Of a stretch of DNA of 29,551 bases, positions 8,124 to 15,878 are shown piece by piece. Numbering within the stretch: the first letter of the stretch is position 1; each line of letters begins with the position of its first letter. The notes beneath the pieces were generated by a model that had not been told where the DNA came from, ran no database searches, and was given only the letters and a program-made list of their open reading frames with translations. A program made the position numbers and the translations under genes. The DNA comes from an uncultured Candidatus Saccharibacteria bacterium (GTDB lineage Bacteria; Patescibacteriota; Minisyncoccia; Phycocordibacterales; CAZVEC01), in assembly GCA_964626035.1 (NCBI GenBank), contig CAZVEC010000001.1, forward strand, positions 1-29,551, written 5' to 3'.

Positions 8124-8861
8124 CTATTCTCGTAAATCAGAGGATAGCTTTTTAATTTTAGTTAAACATTCTTCAATGTCATTTATGATCATATTTTCCG
8201 ACAGTCTTAAAATAGTCCAGCCATCAGATTTCAAATTAGTGTTTTTTATTTTATCTTTTATTTTTTGCTGCGGAGTTGAATGTGATGCTTGATTGTCACA
8301 CTCGATTGCCAGTTTTTTATTTTTTCCATAAATTGCAAAATCCAGCCTGTATCTTTTTTTGTTTGCTGTTATTGTATGTTCTTTTAGAGCTTTAATACCA
8401 GCTTGTTTTAATTTATTTTCTATCATTATTTCGATTGGTGCTATATTGAAAAGTTCGAGCAAATTTTTGGAATTGCGTAATTTATTCAGTGTAGTAAATC
8501 CGAAAGTTACTCTGCGAGGCGCAGTATTTTTAATAGGTTTTTTAAGTCTGATTATTTTTCCAACATAACAGATCAGATAAAAATTCCCGGCTCGCGGATG
8601 TAGTCGTTCTTTTGGCAGAGCTTTACTGCGTTTTGTTATTTCTGTCCTTAAAACTTTTGCATAATAATTTATCCGTTTTCCGTTTTTTCCGAAAGAAATA
8701 GGCTGATAAAAAGCCAGATAATCAAAATGTTTTATTGGTGAATGGCTTATTGGAATTCTATACCAATGATGTTCGAGAAGAGTTTTTAAATCATTCTTGT
8801 TTTTTAGTACGCCGACCAAAACAACATGGTTTGTTTTATGTGTTAAATTGGCTTTTGTCAT
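8124..8861 (-). CDS. DUF559/Vsr-like PD-(D/E)XK endonuclease with an N-terminal PUA/EVE-like domain
   Basis: C-terminus YRLDFAI...LAIECDNQASH...GWTILRLSE is typical of DUF559. The N-terminal WYRIP...YLAFYQP...INYYAKV domain is called PUA-like by inference only. Confidence 0.75.
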   Translation of the reverse strand: MTKANLTHKTNHVVLVGVLKNKNDLKTLLEHHWYRIPISHSPIKHFDYLAFYQPISFGKNGKRINYYAKVLRTEITKRSKALPKERLHPRAGNFYLICYVGKIIRLKKPIKNTAPRRVTFGFTTLNKLRNSKNLLELFNIAPIEIMIENKLKQAGIKALKEHTITANKKRYRLDFAIYGKNKKLAIECDNQASHSTPQQKIKDKIKNTNLKSDGWTILRLSENMIINDIEECLTKIKKLSSDLRE

Positions 8862-8920
8862 ATCATTATAAGTATATCAAAACTCGTATTTAATTGAAAA
8901 ATTTGATAAAATGGCAACTA

Positions 8921-9115
8921 ATGGATAATAACACCCAAAATAATGTAAATTTTAATGAAGAGGCGCGAAAAGTCGAAGAGCTTTATAATGATTTTTTGGC
9001 TAATTTAGATAAAATAAAAGCGGAACAAAATCAGGCCATTAAGGATTTTGTGGATAATTTAGTTGTGGAAAAAATAGATGAAATAAAGCAAAGATTGCTA
9101 AGTAAAAGTAATTAG
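8921..9115 (+). CDS. Small helical hypothetical protein
   Basis: ATG 8921 (MDNNTQ) preferred; 12 nt upstream of 9128, probably co-transcribed. Confidence 0.6.
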   Translation: MDNNTQNNVNFNEEARKVEELYNDFLANLDKIKAEQNQAIKDFVDNLVVEKIDEIKQRLLSKSN

Positions 9116-9127
9116 TAATTTATTTAA

Positions 9128-10309
9128 ATGGATTCAACAGATACACAAAAGGAAAAATTAGCGCAAGCAGAAAAAGCCCCAGGGGTAGCTTTAGGTATGG
9201 CTCCATCTGCCCAAGTGAAGAAAATTGAAAATGCAGAAGAATATAAAAATTTAATAACTGAAACTGAAAAGAAAATAGAACAGAAAAGCGAAGGATTAAT
9301 TTCTGATACTCAAGCGAGATTTTCAAAAAGGACAACATATTTGAATCCAAGTGCGCAAAAGATTACAGAAGGAAACAATCTTTTGAATCAATATGCTGAA
9401 AAAACAAGAACAGCTCAAAAAGGTTTTAAAGAAAAATTAGGCCGCTATATAACAATGCTCGGTTTTGTGGCCGTGATAAGCGGGCAAGTATCCAAGGCGG
9501 CAGCGGAGGCACCAGAGAAAGATATTCCCTCAGCCGGCAAGCAAATAGAACATGCAGGCGCATTTAAATCGTCAGGTGGCGAAGAAGGCGGGTCTGCTCT
9601 AAATATCGGCTCCGCACTTGAAGGAGGCGGCGGGGAACCGGAAGAAGAGGATATCACAAAAGAAGTGGAAAAAAGACTTGGTCTTTCTTTATCCACACCT
9701 GAAGAATCTAAATCAGATATTTCAACCGAATCCGGTGAGGGGTTTAGTGTTGATAGTACTTTGAAGGAAATTGGAGATAGACATGACAGTGCTTTTGGAG
9801 AAAAATTTGGTGATCATGCCAAGCCGTCAGATTATATTAAGGGACTCGAACAAGGAGAAGTGGAGCGACTTCAAGAAATTCTTCAAAAGGCTGGATATGA
9901 TATAAATGTTGACGATAAATGGGGTATGAAAACATCTGATGCATGGAAAGATTATGTGGAGAAAGTTAAGAGCGGTCAGATGAAGGCAGTAGAGGAAGAT
10001 GTAGTAGATAATGATTTAATAAAAAAAGTGAGTGAAGTATCGGATGAATTTAAGGCAGAGAAGGTGGCAAAGGATGTTAAAATTGAAATGGAACAAAGTA
10101 TCCATAAAGGCGAGCGAAAAATACCCACGCAATGGCCCAATATAAAAATTATCTCAGAGCAAGATGAGCAAGGAAACTTTATTCCAAAATCTTTCGAAAA
10201 CAAATATGGAGCGAGAAGAGCTTACATTCCAAGCGGAACAAACATTGACGAAAGCTTTCAGTACGAAAAACCACTGCCAGCCACTGCCAGTCAGCCAAGT
10301 ATTAACTAA
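9128..10309 (+). CDS. Membrane-anchored acidic protein with a peptidoglycan-binding (PG_binding_1-like) domain
   Basis: Hydrophobic segment YITMLGFVAVISG near aa 110; VERLQEILQKAGYDINVDDKWGMKTSDAWKDY matches the PGBD pattern. Confidence 0.7.
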   Translation: MDSTDTQKEKLAQAEKAPGVALGMAPSAQVKKIENAEEYKNLITETEKKIEQKSEGLISDTQARFSKRTTYLNPSAQKITEGNNLLNQYAEKTRTAQKGFKEKLGRYITMLGFVAVISGQVSKAAAEAPEKDIPSAGKQIEHAGAFKSSGGEEGGSALNIGSALEGGGGEPEEEDITKEVEKRLGLSLSTPEESKSDISTESGEGFSVDSTLKEIGDRHDSAFGEKFGDHAKPSDYIKGLEQGEVERLQEILQKAGYDINVDDKWGMKTSDAWKDYVEKVKSGQMKAVEEDVVDNDLIKKVSEVSDEFKAEKVAKDVKIEMEQSIHKGERKIPTQWPNIKIISEQDEQGNFIPKSFENKYGARRAYIPSGTNIDESFQYEKPLPATASQPSIN

Positions 10310-10343
10310 TTTTTCTTATACCTATCCATATCCTTATAAAAAA

Positions 10344-10379
10344 ATAATCCTCACTTTTCGATCGAAAAGTGAGGATTAT
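10344..10379. terminator. 36-bp perfect palindrome between convergent genes, likely a bidirectional terminator
   Basis: ATAATCCTCACTTTTCGA|TCGAAAAGTGAGGATTAT. Confidence 0.65.
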
Positions 10380-10382
10380 GTA

Positions 10383-11147
10383 TTACCAATTCAGCTTAGT
10401 TTTTATTTGCCTGAATTGACTCTCGTTTATGAATTTGCCCGCTCTGAGTAAATTCAATTTCTTTGAAAATCGCGGATCCGGCTTTACTTTTTCAAAAAGA
10501 TTAGGCATACCAGCAAGCGCTGCATAAATTTCTGCTACAAATGAAGCAATGTCTTCCTCAATATCAGTACATTCTGCGTAGCATATCTGCTTTCCACTTA
10601 GTGTATCCACATGAGCAAGAGCAGTGTTATACGCATTGCCGCCTCCGGTTGTAACTTTCAACCCATTTCCTTTGAAAGTGGAGACATTTTGCCATAGTGA
10701 ATCGAAATCAGACCATTCCTTTCTTAAAGCTTTCAATCTAAGGTGTGCGATTTCATGCCAAAGCGTGCGCATAATTTCCTTTTCTGTTCTCGTAGATTTA
10801 AGGAAAATAATGCCAGTTTTTGGATTAGATAGGCCTACAACTTCGCCATCGTTTTCCTTTATTATTTTCCCGCTGAAAAATAATGAATCGTCCATGATGA
10901 TGAAGTAGGGCAGGCTGCCCATTTCCTTTGCTTCGAGTTTCATGCAAGCTTCTTTTATGGCTTTCTCGAATTTCTTTTCAAGATCGCCATAAACAGCTAC
11001 ATTTACTGCATTATTTTCAGAAATATTAATCTGATAAACAGTAAGTAATCTTGCTTTGAGCAATGCATTTTCATCTTGAGCTAAAGCGGTAACAGCTGTA
11101 ATAATAAGCAAAATAGTAGCAATTCCAAGCAATAATTTAGTTTTCAT
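10383..11147 (-). CDS. Secreted zincin-like metallopeptidase
   Basis: Signal peptide ...TAVTALA|Q; LWHEIAH (HExxH) plus downstream YA...EEDIASF as candidate third ligand. Confidence 0.7.
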   Translation of the reverse strand: MKTKLLLGIATILLIITAVTALAQDENALLKARLLTVYQINISENNAVNVAVYGDLEKKFEKAIKEACMKLEAKEMGSLPYFIIMDDSLFFSGKIIKENDGEVVGLSNPKTGIIFLKSTRTEKEIMRTLWHEIAHLRLKALRKEWSDFDSLWQNVSTFKGNGLKVTTGGGNAYNTALAHVDTLSGKQICYAECTDIEEDIASFVAEIYAALAGMPNLFEKVKPDPRFSKKLNLLRAGKFINESQFRQIKTKLNW

Positions 11148-11199
11148 AGAACAAATTTTTAATAATCCTTCATCTTATACCACGAATGCTAAAAAAAAT

Positions 11200-11233
11200 C
11201 AACCCCCACCTTTCGTTCGAAGGGTAGGGGTTG
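11200..11233 (-). terminator. Hairpin, likely terminator of 11254..11672
   Basis: CAACCCC...GGGGTTG stem; T-run follows on the minus strand. Confidence 0.55.
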
Positions 11234-11253
11234 TGTTTTACAGTAAATCAGTA

Positions 11254-11672
11254 TTAAATTTCCCAAAGTTCTGATATTACAATCTTTTTAGGCTCCTTCC
11301 ATGCTAATCTTGTTTTTTCAATATTAATAATCAAGGATTCATGTTTTAATTTAAAAACATTTTCATTGCTCTGATACCAACAAAATTTTGAATCTCCATT
11401 TTGAATCAAAGTTCCTTGGTGGCTGTGTTCCTTTCCATTACAAATATTATCTAGCATTAGATGATAGATGAACTTTATTCTGTGTTTCTTGCAAATCTCC
11501 CTAAAGAGTTTACTAAGAGACACACAATCAGCTCTTCCGCTTTCAAACAAATTTAATAGACTGCCATTATTTTTTTGAGAATAATAAACATTAGTTAAGG
11601 AGTGTTCTTTTTTTATTTTTTTAATGTACTTTCAAATTCTCTGATGGCCTTATTAATTTTCCTACTTTCCAT
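11254..11672 (-). pseudogene. Frameshifted gene (one base short in an A7 run); joined product about 139 aa, possibly transglutaminase-like
   Basis: ATG 11672 reads MESRKINKAIREFESTLKK* and stops right after TTA AAA AAA. The -1 frame stays open from that run to 11254. A TTTACA-16-TACAAT promoter lies upstream. Confidence 0.55.
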
Positions 11673-11729
11673 AAGAAGATTGTTATTTTACGTCCGCGAG
11701 CTATTGTATAGATTATTTAGGAAATGTAA

Positions 11730-11772
11730 ACCCTAACACCAATTTTTAATTTATTAGAATTGGTGTTAGGGT
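11730..11772. repeat. 15-bp perfect inverted repeat (ACACCAATT/AATTGGTGT family)
   Basis: ACCCTAACACCAATT-13nt-AATTGGTGTTAGGGT just downstream of the recG remnant stop. Confidence 0.75.
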
Positions 11773-11791
11773 AAATAGGTTATTTGTAATC

Positions 11792-12018
11792 CTATTCAAA
11801 ATGAAATTCGTCGGTTTTTAATTTGACCATTTGTTTGAGGAGGGGATAGTTTTCCAGTTCTGGATTTTGCTTGATAAGAGCTTGCGCTTCAGTGCGGGCG
11901 GCCCCGTAAAATCATTCGGCAAGCTCATGATAACGGGGTAAACTTCGACGGATTCGACCCATTCAAATGCTTCAGGGCAAGCAATCTCACCGAAGGCTAT
12001 TTTGATGTTTTTAATGGC
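11792..12018 (-). pseudogene. recG: Diverged duplicate of the recG 3' end, interrupted by a palindromic repeat cluster
   Basis: 11792..11902 translates AARTEAQALIKQNPELENYPLLKQMVKLKTDEFHFE*, 34/36 aa identical to the RecG C-terminus. 11999..12018 gives AIKNIK, the residues just upstream in RecG. Confidence 0.9.
11903..11998. repeat. Nested REP-like cluster (TTCG(A/G)CAAGCTCA and CAGGGCAAG motifs)
   Basis: CCCCGT/ACGGGG stem enclosing ATCAT-TCGGCAAGCTC-ATGAT, then TTCGAC...CAGGGCAAGC; splits the recG remnant. Confidence 0.65.
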
Positions 12019-12035
12019 CATGATATATTGGAAGT

Positions 12036-12197
12036 ATGAAAACAGCTGCTAAAATAAATATAAATCAAACGCTGCTAAAGTATGTTACACCCAGATCTAA
12101 AATAGGTCTTATTAAGCGTTTAGCAGGCTCGATTTCTCCTAAGGAGGCTAAAAAATGGATTGCCGAAGTTCGCAAGATGCGAGCTTCTTGGCGATAA
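12036..12197 (+). CDS. Putative VapB-type antitoxin, 53 aa; below the ORF-track cutoff
   Basis: MKTAAKININQTLLKYVTPRSKIGLIKRLAGSISPKEAKKWIAEVRKMRASWR*. Ends 7 nt before the PIN gene. TGaTATATT extended -10 lies 6 nt before the ATG. Confidence 0.7.
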   Translation: MKTAAKININQTLLKYVTPRSKIGLIKRLAGSISPKEAKKWIAEVRKMRASWR

Positions 12198-12204
12198 TAA
12201 AAAA

Positions 12205-12576
12205 ATGTATCTTCTTGATACAAATTCAATTATTTATTTTCTAACTGGCGATAAGAACGCTGTCAGCTTGATCAGTGAATTATTTTTGAGAAATGAGATT
12301 GTATATGTTCCGACCATTGTCAGACTGGAATTACTTAGTAAGCCTGGCCTCTTGCGTTCGGAGCATTCTAGTATTATGGATTTCCTAAATAGCGTTAGGG
12401 AAATTAATTTGGATACAGCGATTGCTGATTTGGCGGCAGAAATAAGAAGAACATATAAGCTTAAAGTAGCAGACAGTATTATAGCCGCAACAACTTTGTA
12501 TACAGGCTCAACTTTAGTAACTCGCAATGGCCGAGATTTCAAAAATATTCAGAATTTTAATATTTTAGCTATATAA
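12205..12576 (+). CDS. vapC: PIN-domain ribonuclease toxin (VapC)
   Basis: MYLLDTNSIIYFL, RLEL, VADSIIAAT and LVTRNGRDF motifs; true start at ATG 12205. Confidence 0.93.
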   Translation: MYLLDTNSIIYFLTGDKNAVSLISELFLRNEIVYVPTIVRLELLSKPGLLRSEHSSIMDFLNSVREINLDTAIADLAAEIRRTYKLKVADSIIAATTLYTGSTLVTRNGRDFKNIQNFNILAI

Positions 12577-12642
12577 ATTAAAGCACTGAATTTAGTTACA
12601 TCGCTGGCCCCTGTGGCCGGTTTTTTCGTGCAGTTTCATGAG

Positions 12643-12671
12643 TTGACAGCCGTAGAGAGAGAGAGTATTAT
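12643..12671 (+). promoter_or_regulatory. Sigma70 promoter with (AG)6 in the spacer
   Basis: TTGACA(12643)-GCCGTAGAGAGAGAGAG (17 nt)-TATTAT(12666). Confidence 0.7.
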
Positions 12672-12691
12672 GAGGATATTATTAGATTAAT

Positions 12692-13132
12692 ATGAATCAT
12701 AATAATATGACCAAAGAAGGACCACAAGTAAATATAGAAAACGAAGAAAAAAAGCCGAAAGATTTAAATGAAGCCATGAAAATAATAAGTGATATGAAAG
12801 ATAAATATAAATATCTTTCAAAAGCATTTCGAGGAGTTACATATTCACTTATAGCAATAACATCACTTGCTTCCGCAGTTGGTACATATAAGTGGAATAA
12901 TGACAAAGAAAAGGATGCGAGAATTACGGAAAATTTAAAAAAAATGCAAGGAATAATATTTGATGCTCAAAATCATTTTGTTTCACCAGGCGGAAAAGAA
13001 TATATATATGATAACAAAAAAGTATATCTTTCATCTAGTGCGGAATTTAAAGAAAATATAGATATTGATCCAGTTATAAATAAGTTAGATTATTTGGTTA
13101 ATATAACCAAAAACGAATTAGATTTAAAATAG
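12692..13132 (+). CDS. Single-TM hypothetical protein
   Basis: Charged N-terminus, TM segment VTYSLIAITSLASAVG, good promoter upstream. Confidence 0.7.
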   Translation: MNHNNMTKEGPQVNIENEEKKPKDLNEAMKIISDMKDKYKYLSKAFRGVTYSLIAITSLASAVGTYKWNNDKEKDARITENLKKMQGIIFDAQNHFVSPGGKEYIYDNKKVYLSSSAEFKENIDIDPVINKLDYLVNITKNELDLK

Positions 13133-13139
13133 TTTGAAT

Positions 13140-13170
13140 AAAATAACCCCCCTTAAATGGGGGTTATTTT
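13140..13170. terminator. Bidirectional intrinsic terminator
   Basis: AAAATAACCCCC-CTTAAAT-GGGGGTTATTTT between convergent genes. Confidence 0.8.
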
Positions 13171-15373
13171 ATTCAAAATGAAACTCATCTGTTTTTAGCT
13201 TAACCATTTGCTTGAGGAGGGGATAGTTTTCAAGTTCGGGGTCGGTTTTGATGAGTGCCTGTGCTTCAGTCCGAGCGGCTTCGACCATTTTTATATTTTT
13301 GATCGCTTCCATGCCGAGGTCGGAGATGCCCCATTGTTTTGTTCCGCTAAGTTCGCCGGGACCACGTAAAGCCAAATCAAGCTCCGAAAGCTCAAATCCA
13401 TTTTTGGCAGTCTTCAGAGCCTTTAATCTCTCTATTGATTTATCACTTTTAGTTTCAGTAAACGTGTAGCAGTATGCCTGATGGGTGCTGCGTATGACGC
13501 GGCCACGCAGCTGGTGGAGCTGGGCGAGGCCGAATCGCTCCGCGCCTTCGATGATTATGATCGTCGCATTCGGCACATTCACTCCCACTTCCACTACGGA
13601 CGTGGCGCAGAGAATATGAATTTTATTTTCAGAAAAATCTTTCATTATTTTTTCCTTTTTTTCCTTCGTCATCTTGCTGTGAAGTATCCCTATTTCATAT
13701 TCAGGAAAAACTTTATCCTTTAATCTTTTAGCTTCAGCAGTTACTGATTTAGCTTGCAGAGCTCTTTCTTTATCAGGATCCGGTTCGTCAATGCGGGGGC
13801 ATATGACATACAGCTGCCGGCTCGCTTTAAGCTCGGTTCTGATTTTCTCATATGTTTCCTCTCGCCTGTCCTTCCGCACTATTTCAGTGATTATCTGCTT
13901 TCGGCCTGCCGGCATTTCATCCAATAAAGTCAAATCAAGATCGCCATAAATAGTGAGAGCCAGCGTGCGAGGAATAGGAGTGGCTGTCATGCTTAAAAAG
14001 TGTGGAGCAAATGCCTGTTTACGCGCTAGTTTCATTCTTTGGTTCGTGCCGAAGCGATGCTGTTCGTCGACTATAACAAGCGCGAGATGCTTGAAGTTAA
14101 CTGCCTTTTGGATCAAGGCGTGAGTACCGATAAGAATTGGAATCTCGCCGTTGCCGACCCATTTTAACAACTGGGCTCTGGAGATAGTTGTCCAACCTCC
14201 CGGATTAACTTTAGATGGGAATTTTTTGCAGCCGCTGCCGGTTATGAGGCCTATATTGATAGGAAGATGCTTGAAGTATGAAATAAAAGATTCGAAATGT
14301 TGGCCGGCCAGAATTTCCGTAGGCGCCATGTATGCCACTTGCAAGTTCCCAAAATCTTGCAAGTGGCCCTGCTTGCCCACCATAGCTTCAGCGACGGTGG
14401 GAGCGGCGAAGGGCCTAGTATTTACCACTGTGTGAGCGGCCACGGCTGCAACCAGAGTTTTGCCGCTTCCCACATCTCCCTCAAGAAGGCGCGACATCGG
14501 CCTTGGCTTCTCCAGATCGCTTAATATTTGTAAATTGGCTTTTTCTTGAGCAGGGGTTGGTTTAAAAGGAAAACGAGACAGGAATTTTTGAATATCATCA
14601 TTATCTGCCTTGATTCGAAAAGATTTATTTTTGGCGAATTCCATGCGGTCGTGCTGGCGCTCAAGCTGAATAAAAAAAACTTCTTCAAAAGCGAAGCGCT
14701 TGCGAGCGGCAGTTGCGTCCTCTTCTTTTTTGGGCATATGGATCCAAATCAAGGCAGAACGGAGTGAGGGGAGGCTGTATTTTTTTAATATTTCATGTGG
14801 GATATAATCTTCCATATTTTCGATTACTCCAGCCTTTATTATTTTTTGAATGGCATGATATATCCACTTTGAAGATAATCCTCTAGTTTCCGGATAAATA
14901 GGAAATCTTATCTCATGTTTTTTTTCGGAATGGGCAAAAAGAGAATCATGTATATCGATAGGTATTATCGGTAATTGTTCGAATTCCGGATTAGCTAAAT
15001 AAATACCGGATTTACCTTCAGTTACACGACCGGTTAACTTTAGCGATTGTCCAACTTTAATCATTTTAGCTGCATAAGCTTGATGAAACCAAATAGCTTT
15101 TATTTGGCCTGATAGGTCTTTAATCACGACTTCACCCATTGGGATTTTTGATCTAAACCCCTTTTTAGTAGCTGTCTTTATTATTTGGCCGTAAATTGTA
15201 GACGTTTCTCCGGGGATTAATTCTTTGATAAGTTTTAGTTCTCGGATATCGCTATAGCGCGAGGGAAAATAAAAAAGAAGTTCTCGAACTGTTTCGAGTT
15301 TAAGTTTTTTCAATGCCTTTTTTTGTTCCTCGGCAAGTCTAAATACCTTTTCAATAGGTGAATTTAAATCCAT
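13169..15373 (-). CDS. recG: ATP-dependent DNA helicase RecG
   Basis: OB/wedge domain, Walker A GDVGSGKT, MAPTEILA, DEQH box, MTATPIPRTL, HQLRGRV and RGPGE motifs. Confidence 0.99.
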   Translation of the reverse strand: MDLNSPIEKVFRLAEEQKKALKKLKLETVRELLFYFPSRYSDIRELKLIKELIPGETSTIYGQIIKTATKKGFRSKIPMGEVVIKDLSGQIKAIWFHQAYAAKMIKVGQSLKLTGRVTEGKSGIYLANPEFEQLPIIPIDIHDSLFAHSEKKHEIRFPIYPETRGLSSKWIYHAIQKIIKAGVIENMEDYIPHEILKKYSLPSLRSALIWIHMPKKEEDATAARKRFAFEEVFFIQLERQHDRMEFAKNKSFRIKADNDDIQKFLSRFPFKPTPAQEKANLQILSDLEKPRPMSRLLEGDVGSGKTLVAAVAAHTVVNTRPFAAPTVAEAMVGKQGHLQDFGNLQVAYMAPTEILAGQHFESFISYFKHLPINIGLITGSGCKKFPSKVNPGGWTTISRAQLLKWVGNGEIPILIGTHALIQKAVNFKHLALVIVDEQHRFGTNQRMKLARKQAFAPHFLSMTATPIPRTLALTIYGDLDLTLLDEMPAGRKQIITEIVRKDRREETYEKIRTELKASRQLYVICPRIDEPDPDKERALQAKSVTAEAKRLKDKVFPEYEIGILHSKMTKEKKEKIMKDFSENKIHILCATSVVEVGVNVPNATIIIIEGAERFGLAQLHQLRGRVIRSTHQAYCYTFTETKSDKSIERLKALKTAKNGFELSELDLALRGPGELSGTKQWGISDLGMEAIKNIKMVEAARTEAQALIKTDPELENYPLLKQMVKLKTDEFHFE
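14368..14401. repeat. REP/RPE-like palindrome inside the recG coding frame (encodes PTVAEAMVGKQ)
   Basis: Minus strand CCCACC-GTCGCTGAAGCTAT-GGTGGG-CAAGCAGG: 6-bp GC stem around an imperfect GCTGAAGC core, between helicase motifs I and Ia. Confidence 0.6.
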
Positions 15374-15395
15374 GCTGATATTTTAGCATAAACAA

Positions 15396-15528
15396 AAGAA
15401 GGGTTCGAAATCAGACTTCAGAGGTCAGTCCTCGGGTCGCGCTTCAATGGACACTGCGCGACATGATTCTGCTGAATCAGAGGTCTGACCTCTTAGATGC
15501 CCGAAGCTTGATTTCGGATCACCTTTTT
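15396..15528. repeat. Nested palindromic REP/REPIN-like element (GAGGTCnGACCTC family), copy 2
   Basis: CGAAATCA/TGATTTCG outer stem; AGAGGTCAGTCCTC (15420)/GAGGTCTGACCTCT (15480) with the same T:T mismatch as copy 1; inner GTCGCGC/GCGCGAC and GATTC/GAATC stems. Confidence 0.75.
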
Positions 15529-15878
15529 TGATTCTTATAGGAGATTATGACTAGAACAATTGCCGAGGCAAGAATGGAAACATCTCTAAATATTATGTCC
15601 AAAAGCTGAATATTAAAAATAAGTATTCCTGTGAGCATGAGGGCGGCTATGATGCTTGGGATAAGGATTTTTTTACCAATGATCAGACAAAGTGCGATAA
15701 TAATTTGAAAAATAGCCCAGCTTCCTAGCAAGATTTCTGAGCTTATTGAGTTTGTAATAAAAGAAGGGAAAAAGCCAATCCATGCATCCGGATTAAAATA
15801 AGAAGCGATTGCTGCGTAAATAAAAGGGAATGCAAGTCCAAGACGTGCTATTAAAATTTCTATTTTATATTCCGGCAT
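15519..15878 (-). CDS. DoxX-family membrane protein
   Basis: About four TM helices; LIARLGLAFPFIYAAI and IIFRDVSILA motifs; ATG overlaps the cupredoxin stop. Confidence 0.8.
   Translation of the reverse strand: MPEYKIEILIARLGLAFPFIYAAIASYFNPDAWIGFFPSFITNSISSEILLGSWAIFQIIIALCLIIGKKILIPSIIAALMLTGILIFNIQLLDIIFRDVSILASAIVLVIISYKNQKR

Noticed and set aside
11818-12021. 67-aa ORF from the track as a real gene
   Set aside because: It is the recG remnant read partly out of frame through a repeat insertion
12036-13132. Prophage or IS-bounded island
   Set aside because: No integrase, transposase, terminal inverted repeats or phage genes; only the recG-derived repeat bounds it
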